Assembly (NCBI GenBank): GCA_036170795.1
Contig: JAVHPX010000044.1
Location: forward strand, 3,462 to 36,533
Source of the DNA: Minisyncoccota bacterium
GTDB taxonomy: Bacteria; Patescibacteriota; Minisyncoccia; Phycocordibacterales; UBA9973
Length of the DNA: 33,072 nt
Reading direction: 5' to 3'
Positions within the stretch are counted from its first letter, which is position 1. Every line of letters begins with the position of its first letter. A program made the translations under genes and the position numbers. Below are positions 26,273 through 33,072 of this stretch, one piece after another. The notes beneath the pieces were generated by a model. It searched no databases and was not told where the DNA came from. It saw only the letters and a program-made list of their open reading frames with translations.

Positions 26273-28018
26273 ATGGAAAATATAGAACAATTATCACATA
26301 CACGACACACATTAGCTCACCTTTTAGCTCAAGCTGTACTTAAACATTATCCTAATGCATTACCTACTCTTGGCCCTGCTATTGACAATGGATTTTATTA
26401 TGATTTTGATTTTGGAACAGATAAAATAACAGATGAGAATTTAAAAAAAATTGAAAGTACTATGGTAAAAAATTTAGCTATTTGGACTGAATTTACCCAT
26501 AAAGAAGTCTCTTATGATGAAGCACGTAATATATTTAAAAATAATATCTACAAAAATGAATTAATAGAAGAAATTGTGGAACGAGGAGAGAAAATTACAC
26601 TCTATACTTGTGGTGGTTTTACTGACCTATGCCGTGGTGGCCATGCCGAAAACCCAAGTAAAGAAATAAAAGTTGGTTCATTCAAGCTTGATAAAGTTGC
26701 CGGTGCTTATTGGCGTGGTGATGAGAAAAATAAAATGTTGACTCGTATTTATGGAATAGCTTTTTCAAATAAAAAATATCTCGATGAGTATTTAATTCAA
26801 ATGGAAGAAGCTAAGAAAAGAGACCATAAGAAGCTTGGGCGTGAACTCGACCTCTTTACTTTCTCTGATCTTGTTGGTGCAGGATTACCACTATGGACTC
26901 CTCGTGGAACATTGATACGAGATTTGCTTGATGGTTTTGTTTGGGAACTTCGAAAAGCTGTTGGCTATGAACGAGTAGATATTCCTCATATAACCAAAAA
27001 GGAACTCTATGAGACATCAGGCCATTGGGATAAATTCAAAGATGATCTCTTCCGAATTAATACCCGCGAAGGTCATGATTTCGCCATGAAGCCGATGAAC
27101 TGCCCACATCACACTCAAATCTTTAATCGTAAACAATGGAGTTATCGAGAAATGCCTGAGCGTTACGCTTCGACTACCAAAGTATATCGAGATGAGCAAT
27201 CAGGTGAGCTTGCTGGATTATCTCGAGTGCGTTCTATTACTCAAGATGATGCCCATGTATTCTGTCGTCCGATTCAAGCTAAACAAGAAATTTCTAAAAT
27301 TTATGACATTGTAAAAAAGTTTTATGGTACATTTGGGTTTACGCTAACTCCTCGATTGTCTCTTCATGACGGTAATAATATGTCAGCTTATCTTGGAACA
27401 GAAGATGTTTGGCTTCAAGCCGAAGAAGAACTTCGAAGCATGGTTATAAAAAAAGGTGAAGTTCCAATCGAAGCCGTCGGTGAAGCTGCTTTCTATGGAC
27501 CAAAAATCGACTTTATGACTAAAGATTCGATTGGAAGACAGTGGCAAGTGGCTACCATCCAACTTGATTCAAACATGCCAGAGAGATTTGATCTCTATTG
27601 TATTAACGAAAAAGGAGAAAAAGAACGTATTGTAATGATTCATACTGCTATAATGGGCTCAATAGAGAGATTTATGTCTATTCTTATAGAGCACACAGCA
27701 GGTGTATTCCCTACTTGGCTATCCCCTGTGCAAGTAGCAATTATCCCAGTACGCGATGAACATATCGATGAAACTAAAAAAATAACACAAACACTTTCAG
27801 AGAAAGATATTCGAATTGAACACTTTGACTACAACGAGAGCTTGGGTAAACGTATTCATGCTGCTAAAAAAATTAATATACCTTACATAATAATTATTGG
27901 TGATAAAGAAAAAGAATCAGGAATATTGACAATAGAAAAACGTGACAATACAAAAATTCAAATGACACTTCTCGATTTTATTTCGCTCCTCTCTACCGAA
28001 ATTAAAAATCGCTCCTAG
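26273..28018 (+). CDS. thrS: Threonine--tRNA ligase lacking the N-terminal TGS domain
   Basis: It starts directly in the editing (N2) domain (HTRHTLAHLLAQAV, DLCRGGH), followed by the class II catalytic core and the anticodon-binding domain. An alternative upstream ATG at 26246 adds MQMCYDIFI but overlaps the predicted rpmF -35 element. Confidence 0.9.
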   Translation: MENIEQLSHTRHTLAHLLAQAVLKHYPNALPTLGPAIDNGFYYDFDFGTDKITDENLKKIESTMVKNLAIWTEFTHKEVSYDEARNIFKNNIYKNELIEEIVERGEKITLYTCGGFTDLCRGGHAENPSKEIKVGSFKLDKVAGAYWRGDEKNKMLTRIYGIAFSNKKYLDEYLIQMEEAKKRDHKKLGRELDLFTFSDLVGAGLPLWTPRGTLIRDLLDGFVWELRKAVGYERVDIPHITKKELYETSGHWDKFKDDLFRINTREGHDFAMKPMNCPHHTQIFNRKQWSYREMPERYASTTKVYRDEQSGELAGLSRVRSITQDDAHVFCRPIQAKQEISKIYDIVKKFYGTFGFTLTPRLSLHDGNNMSAYLGTEDVWLQAEEELRSMVIKKGEVPIEAVGEAAFYGPKIDFMTKDSIGRQWQVATIQLDSNMPERFDLYCINEKGEKERIVMIHTAIMGSIERFMSILIEHTAGVFPTWLSPVQVAIIPVRDEHIDETKKITQTLSEKDIRIEHFDYNESLGKRIHAAKKINIPYIIIIGDKEKESGILTIEKRDNTKIQMTLLDFISLLSTEIKNRS

Positions 28019-28037
28019 ATCAGTTTTTAATTATATT

Positions 28038-28952
28038 TTACCAATAAGAATCATACCCTGTTTCTTTATATGAATAGTCATTTAAATCATTTTTAAAGTG
28101 CTTAGTTATTTTTTCAACATAAGAATCAATACTACAACCAAGATTTTTCTCTAATTGTTTTTGTAAAGATTCTAGTTTCTCTTTTAACACAGGATCAATC
28201 GTATTCTTACTAATAAGTATCTTGAGGCGACTCACTAGTTTTAAAAAAACCCGTGTAGTTGCTTCTATGCCATAAATAAGCGGAATATTATATAAAAAAA
28301 TTTCAAGATCCTGATATCCCTTTTCTTTAGCCACATCTAGGCTATTGTCATATACAGCAATACTATCTTTCATTTCAGTTTGAATTTTCTCTATATGTTC
28401 TTCTAAAAAATCTATATTCTTTTTTAAAAACTCTTCTAAATGAACTTCTTTTTCTGCTTTGTACCATGGTTGTTTCTGATATAAAGGAATTGATAGTATC
28501 TCATGCCATGTTTCATCTTCTGGGGAATATCGCGCGAGTGTCATTTTGGGTATTTTATTTTTATCATTATAATCATTATAATCATTATCATAAAAATCAA
28601 TCTGATGGCCATTACCATCTTCATTGTCCCACCAATGATCAGAAAAACGCAATGTTCCATCTTTTGAATAAAAACTTATTGATGCAAGGTATTTCTCGAT
28701 CTTATCAATATCATGCTGATGTTCATCCTTTTTTTGTAATGATATTTCTTCCTCTGGTCTATAAACATCATAATAGTTTAGCGATGAATGCTGACTCAAA
28801 TCATATTCTTTAATAATATCAAAAACACGCTGATCAACCATGTGGGGTAATTTCTCAGAACCATAAAAATCGTTTTCTTGAGGATGTCCTTGTTTCTTCA
28901 AAAAAGGTTTTTTATTTTCCTTATTTATTTTATTAAAAAATTTATTATCCAT
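28038..28952 (-). CDS. Hypothetical acidic protein, no recognisable domain
   Basis: 304-aa ORF beginning 22 nt downstream of gyrB on the same strand. It is Asp/Glu/Tyr-rich with no TM helix or signal peptide. The helical C-terminal half has heptad-like spacing. Confidence 0.7.
   Translation of the reverse strand: MDNKFFNKINKENKKPFLKKQGHPQENDFYGSEKLPHMVDQRVFDIIKEYDLSQHSSLNYYDVYRPEEEISLQKKDEHQHDIDKIEKYLASISFYSKDGTLRFSDHWWDNEDGNGHQIDFYDNDYNDYNDKNKIPKMTLARYSPEDETWHEILSIPLYQKQPWYKAEKEVHLEEFLKKNIDFLEEHIEKIQTEMKDSIAVYDNSLDVAKEKGYQDLEIFLYNIPLIYGIEATTRVFLKLVSRLKILISKNTIDPVLKEKLESLQKQLEKNLGCSIDSYVEKITKHFKNDLNDYSYKETGYDSYW
28563..28589. repeat. In-frame 9-nt tandem repeat (atcattata x3, last copy with one change)
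   Basis: Seen directly; it encodes the DNDYNDYND segment of the 304-aa protein. Confidence 0.75.
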
Positions 28953-28974
28953 AGTTTTAAAATTTTTTTTAATT

Positions 28975-31071
28975 CTATATATCTAAATTTGCCATTTTAG
29001 CATTTGATTGAATGAAAGCTTTACGAGGAGGTACTTCAGAACCCATAAGCATATCAAAAACTTTATTCGCATCTTCTGCATCCGTAACAGCAACTTGCTT
29101 AAGGATCCGACGCGCAGGATCCATTGTCGTCTCCCAAAGTTCATCAGCATTCATTTCACCAAGACCTTTGTAACGTTGAATATGAATTTTATTTGTCTTT
29201 TTTGTTTTTTCACCTTCTACCTGCACAGATAAGTTTTCTTCAATCTCTACTTCTACTTCTTCACTATCTCCTTCTTGAGCACTCTCAGTTAGAAGTTCTT
29301 CAAGAGAAGGGGCATCTTTACCAAGTAAACGGTCTCGTTCTTCATCACTATAAGCATAAGATATTTCTTTACCATTTTTTATTTTAAATAAAGGTGGCTG
29401 TGCAATATAGACATATCCTGCATCAAGTACAGATCTAAAATATCGATACATAAGTGTTAATATAAGTGTACGAATATGTGCGCCATCAACATCAGCATCA
29501 GTTGCAATTATAATTTTATGATAACGCATTTTCTCTATATCAAAAGTATCTCCTATAGATGTACCCATAGCGATAACTAAATTTTTAATCTGCTCAGACC
29601 CAAGCATACGATCAAGTCGAGCTCTCTCAACATTAAGAATTTTACCTCGAAGTGGAAGGATTGCCTGAGTTTTTCTATCTCTACCCATCTTTGCTGTTCC
29701 TCCAGCTGAATCCCCTTCAACTATAAATAATTCTGCTTCAGAAGCAGATTTTGTCTGACAATCAGCAAGCTTTCCAGGAAGAGTCATACCTTCAAGTGCC
29801 CCTTTACGAAGGACAGAATCTTTTGCTGCTTTAGCTGCTTTACGTGCACGTAATGCAAGAAGACATTTGCCAATAATTAACTTTGCTTCATCGGGATTCT
29901 CTTCAAGAAAGGCAGTAAATGAATCCCCAAATACTGTAGCTGTAGCTGCTTGAGCCTCTGTTGAACCCAATTTTGCTTTTGTCTGACCTTCAAATTGAAT
30001 CTCACGAAGCTTAACTGAGATAACAACCATTATACCTTCTAATACATCATCTCCTGTAAATGCTCCATCAGCTTCTTTGACCATATTATTCTTTTTACTA
30101 TAGGTATTAAGAACACGAGTTAAAGCAGTCTTAAAACCAGTCACGTGGGTACCACCTTCAGGATTATAAATATTATTTGCAAAAGGAACAATATGAGGAT
30201 TCATATCATCGACATACTGAAGAGCTATCTCAACTAAAACATCATCTTGCTCATGATCGACATAAAAAACAGTTGGGTGAATAGGTTTAATAAGTTTATT
30301 ATAAAATTTTACAAGTGATACTAATCCACCTTCAAAATAAAAAGTCGTTGAAGGTACTTCGAGTGAAAGTTCAGAAAACCAAAAGATATTATCAAAGTCT
30401 TTCCATAAAGATTGTCTTGCGTCAACAATATCTATACGAAGACCTTTTACTAGATACGCTTGTTGTCGTAAATGATTAATAATTGTATCCAAATCAAAAA
30501 CAACTTGTTTAAAAATCTCCTCATCTGGTTGAAAAGAAATAATAGTGCCATGTTCTTTCGATGAACCTATTTTCTTAACAGACATTTTCTTTTTGCCTTG
30601 TGAATACTCTTGTATATATTTACCACCATCTCGGTGTACTTCAGCTTTTGTATAAATAGAAAGCGCATTTACTACTGATGCTCCGACACCATGAAGACCA
30701 CCTGAGACTTTATAGCCACTATCGTCTCCGCCAAATTTCCCGCCAGCATGAAGAGTCGTCATAACTGTCTCAAGCGCTGAGACTTTTGTCTTCGGATGTA
30801 TATCAACTGGTATACCACGCCCATTATCAGATACACGGACAAAATTATTCGACAACAATACCACTTCAATACGATCACAAAATCCACCCATTGCTTCATC
30901 ACGTGAATTATCAAAAATTTCCCATACTAAATGATGCAATCCATCAACACCAGTAGACCCTATATACATCCCTGGACGACGTCTTACCGGTTCAAGACCT
31001 TCTAGAACTGAAATTTGATTTGCTCCATATTTAATTTCTTTTTTTATATTTTTTTCTTCTTTTTTAGCCAT
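28975..31071 (-). CDS. gyrB: DNA gyrase subunit B
   Basis: 698 aa. Motifs present are GLEPVRRRPGMYIGST, the GHKL ATPase region, Toprim (EGDSAGG, DADVDGAHI) and QRYKGLGEMN. An acidic insertion of about 35-45 aa lies just before QRYKGLGEM. Confidence 0.97.
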   Translation of the reverse strand: MAKKEEKNIKKEIKYGANQISVLEGLEPVRRRPGMYIGSTGVDGLHHLVWEIFDNSRDEAMGGFCDRIEVVLLSNNFVRVSDNGRGIPVDIHPKTKVSALETVMTTLHAGGKFGGDDSGYKVSGGLHGVGASVVNALSIYTKAEVHRDGGKYIQEYSQGKKKMSVKKIGSSKEHGTIISFQPDEEIFKQVVFDLDTIINHLRQQAYLVKGLRIDIVDARQSLWKDFDNIFWFSELSLEVPSTTFYFEGGLVSLVKFYNKLIKPIHPTVFYVDHEQDDVLVEIALQYVDDMNPHIVPFANNIYNPEGGTHVTGFKTALTRVLNTYSKKNNMVKEADGAFTGDDVLEGIMVVISVKLREIQFEGQTKAKLGSTEAQAATATVFGDSFTAFLEENPDEAKLIIGKCLLALRARKAAKAAKDSVLRKGALEGMTLPGKLADCQTKSASEAELFIVEGDSAGGTAKMGRDRKTQAILPLRGKILNVERARLDRMLGSEQIKNLVIAMGTSIGDTFDIEKMRYHKIIIATDADVDGAHIRTLILTLMYRYFRSVLDAGYVYIAQPPLFKIKNGKEISYAYSDEERDRLLGKDAPSLEELLTESAQEGDSEEVEVEIEENLSVQVEGEKTKKTNKIHIQRYKGLGEMNADELWETTMDPARRILKQVAVTDAEDANKVFDMLMGSEVPPRKAFIQSNAKMANLDI

Positions 31072-31118
31072 AAAATAATTTAAAAATGCTATTTAATCAT
31101 TAGATTAAAAGCACTATT

Positions 31119-31127
31119 ATTATAACA
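31119..31127 (-). promoter_or_regulatory. gyrB extended -10 promoter element
   Basis: Minus strand reads TGtTATAAT (31127-31119), a consensus -10 with an upstream TG. The predicted leader is about 40 nt. Confidence 0.45.
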
Positions 31128-31141
31128 AATATAAAGACTAA

Positions 31142-31188
31142 AAGAAAGCACTATAATCCTTATAATATAAGGATTATAGTGCTTTCTT
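31142..31188 (-). terminator. Long perfect hairpin / terminator after the cohesin-like gene pair
   Basis: A 21-bp perfect stem aagaaagcactataatcctta (31142-31162) / taaggattatagtgctttctt (31168-31188) with a 5-nt loop. It begins 5 nt after the stop codon at 31194 and is followed by a U-rich tail on the minus strand. Confidence 0.65.
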
Positions 31189-31193
31189 AATTT

Positions 31194-32336
31194 CTATAAA
31201 TCCAAATCTTGTTTGGTATTTTGATATGGTAAAATTTCATTTTGGTCATAAGATTGGTCATATGGTTGATCATATGACTGATCACGAGATTGATTATCGT
31301 TTATTTCAATTTTTTCCTCTTCAGATATCATTTTTCTTTTTAAAACATGCATACGTTTAAATGAATACCAAATAATAAAATAAATAAATAGTAAAATTAC
31401 AACAATTGGAATAAAAAGAACAAGTATATTAATAAACACAATAAGTTCTTTAATTATTTTACTATCATTAACAAACAATTGAACACCAATCCCCGGCTTA
31501 TCTATATTTGTTTTATTATCAACAAGAAACGGAACAACGTTATAAACACCAGCAATTAAATTAGATGGTGTTACATATTCAAATAATCCTTTTTCATTAT
31601 TTTTTACAAATGCATCAGTTAATCTTTTCTTTTTATATTGAATAAAGTCAATAAATTGTTCACCAAGTGATTTCTGAGATATTGCTTCAAAAGTCATTTT
31701 AGTTAATTGATTTGGTTCTCCTTTGCCCTTAAAATAAGAATCCTCTCCTGAATTTATTGATAAAGAATAATCTGTAATAACTGGTAAAGCTAATGATTTA
31801 TTTGTATCTATATTCTTTGCTATAGGTTTATTAATTAAATCCGTAACTCCTGTACCAATAATATTAAAACTTGTAGACTTTAAACTAGATACGATATTAG
31901 TACCAACACCATCATTAGCAAGTATCGCCCCATTACTAAATGAAATGACAGCAAGTCCATGCTTCTTGGCTTCAAATGTAACACGAAAAATATTACCATT
32001 ATTACCCTGATAACCAGGATTAAGAACAACTCCTTCAAATGAAATTTGATTACGCTGAATGCTAGGATTACGTGTCCAAATATTTAAAATACTATTATCT
32101 TTTGAAATAGACACCATGCGAAGCATCTCACTCGGGAAAATAACAATTCCAGATACAGCATTGATGGCTTGATCATTGGACTTAACATTTACATCAAGAG
32201 TGATCTGCTCCCCTTCTTGAATATTAGAAACTTTTTTATCTATAAAAAGAGAAGCAGAATTAGCAAAGACAGTTGTAGAATTAAATACAACAAATATTAT
32301 AATACTATACATTATAATTTTTATGTAAAATCTCAT
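31194..32336 (-). CDS. Cohesin-like domain surface protein, type I membrane topology
   Basis: It has a signal peptide (MRFYIKIIMYSIIIFVVFNSTTVFA from the Met at 32336), a cohesin-like beta-sandwich segment, a second Ig-like region, a TM helix, and a cytoplasmic tail with DQSYDQPYDQSYDQ repeats. The start overlaps the upstream stop codon (ATGA). Confidence 0.72.
   Translation of the reverse strand: MRFYIKIIMYSIIIFVVFNSTTVFANSASLFIDKKVSNIQEGEQITLDVNVKSNDQAINAVSGIVIFPSEMLRMVSISKDNSILNIWTRNPSIQRNQISFEGVVLNPGYQGNNGNIFRVTFEAKKHGLAVISFSNGAILANDGVGTNIVSSLKSTSFNIIGTGVTDLINKPIAKNIDTNKSLALPVITDYSLSINSGEDSYFKGKGEPNQLTKMTFEAISQKSLGEQFIDFIQYKKKRLTDAFVKNNEKGLFEYVTPSNLIAGVYNVVPFLVDNKTNIDKPGIGVQLFVNDSKIIKELIVFINILVLFIPIVVILLFIYFIIWYSFKRMHVLKRKMISEEEKIEINDNQSRDQSYDQPYDQSYDQNEILPYQNTKQDLDL
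31242..31289. repeat. Four imperfect in-frame 12-nt tandem repeats
   Basis: The units are ttggtcataaga / ttggtcatatgg / ttgatcatatga / ctgatcacgaga. They encode SRDQ-SYDQ-PYDQ-SYDQ in the cytoplasmic tail. Confidence 0.75.
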
Positions 32337-33072
32337 CTTTTTCTTTTTAACATAAATAACATAAAAGAACAAATAAAAACGACTATAAATAGTGTAAGAT
32401 ACATTTGTGGTAAAATCCCTGGAATTTCTACTTGAGCTTCTCTAATATTTCCATTAAAATCCAAAGCTCTGATTGATAAATATCTACTAAAAATACTTTT
32501 TTTTACTGGCAATGGACTCTTAACATCTTTCCATATATTGCCAGTATGCAATTGATATTTTTCTACACCTAAATCATTGTCTGTCGTAGAAAAGAAAATC
32601 ATTGATGGTGTTTTCGAAAATAATCCTGCTTCAATAAATTGGATAGTAAATGGTGCTGGAGGTTCAACATCTTGAATAGATTTATCCAATACCAATTCAT
32701 TGTAGGTAGAAGTTGCAACATTAGATACGACAATAGATGAATTTTTATTTTCATGGATAAGAGGTGTACCTAAACCATCATTTTGTAAAATATCAGAATG
32801 AATTAAAGTAAATTCACCATTACCAAGAGCGATGCTTGAAAAAATTAACTCTATTACAGGAATAGCCTGTAACCCTATTCTATCTGGATCATATACACCA
32901 TCTACTCCACCGGGTATAATTCCACTAAAATGAATCGAGCCAGATGAATTAGTAGGCGGCACAATCCATAATTTCTTAATTGATACATCTTCTTTATATC
33001 CCTTAAAAGATAGTATATCACTAGGGTATGATATGGTAATATCGAAAGAATTAACAAGAACATGGTCTGTAT
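32333..33072 (-). CDS. Cohesin-like domain surface protein, 5'-truncated by the window edge
   Basis: My hand translation shows the frame stays open from the listed GTG at 32962 up to position 33070 (...TDHVLVNSFDITISYPSDILSFKGYKEDVSIKKLWIV-PPTNSS...). It is paralogous to the downstream gene (YPSDIL/FPSEML, IHFSGII/ISFEGVV, ILQNDGLGT/ILANDGVGT) and has a C-terminal TM anchor. Confidence 0.7.
   Translation of the reverse strand, partial: TDHVLVNSFDITISYPSDILSFKGYKEDVSIKKLWIVPPTNSSGSIHFSGIIPGGVDGVYDPDRIGLQAIPVIELIFSSIALGNGEFTLIHSDILQNDGLGTPLIHENKNSSIVVSNVATSTYNELVLDKSIQDVEPPAPFTIQFIEAGLFSKTPSMIFFSTTDNDLGVEKYQLHTGNIWKDVKSPLPVKKSIFSRYLSIRALDFNGNIREAQVEIPGILPQMYLTLFIVVFICSFMLFMLKRKR

Noticed and set aside
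32333-32336. Alternative genetic code (UGA recoded as Gly or Trp, as in some candidate phyla and Mollicutes).
   Set aside because: All large conserved genes (rpoB, rpoC, gyrB, rnr, thrS, smc) are uninterrupted under the standard code, so they contain no in-frame TGA. The one Trp codon I translated by hand (32966-32968) is TGG. TGA serves as a sensible stop in the ATGA overlap at 32333-32336.

Overview
AT-rich (roughly 30-35% GC by eye), densely packed bacterial chromosome segment with 27 protein-coding genes and no rRNA, tRNA, CRISPR array or recognisable mobile element. Most genes are core information-processing genes: rpoB-rpoC-dnaG-rpoD in one co-directional block, rpsP-KH protein-trmD, rnr, smc, rnc, nusB, rpmF, thrS and gyrB. 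Small housekeeping proteins (RpoB 1061 aa, a 756-aa SMC, a ThrRS without TGS domain), domain fusions, few Shine-Dalgarno motifs and cohesin-like surface proteins suggest a reduced-genome lineage such as Patescibacteria/CPR. That placement is inference only. The standard genetic code fits. The accessory content is (i) a five-gene envelope glycosylation operon at 658-5242 with an embedded membrane-anchored thioredoxin-fold protein, next to a Cys-rich DUF378 membrane protein; (ii) an orphan lipoprotein between rpoB and trmD; (iii) an orphan acidic protein co-directional with gyrB where gyrA often sits; (iv) two tandem, translationally coupled cohesin-like membrane proteins at the right edge, one cut by the window end. 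I see no defence island, toxin-antitoxin pair or other discrete new multi-gene system. The most unusual items are a NusB-Nudix fusion, an apparently hinge-less short SMC, the Trx-containing glycosylation operon, and extended -10 promoter elements placed 6-9 nt from start codons, which suggests leaderless mRNAs. All calls come from reading the ORF translations and DNA by eye; no searches were run.
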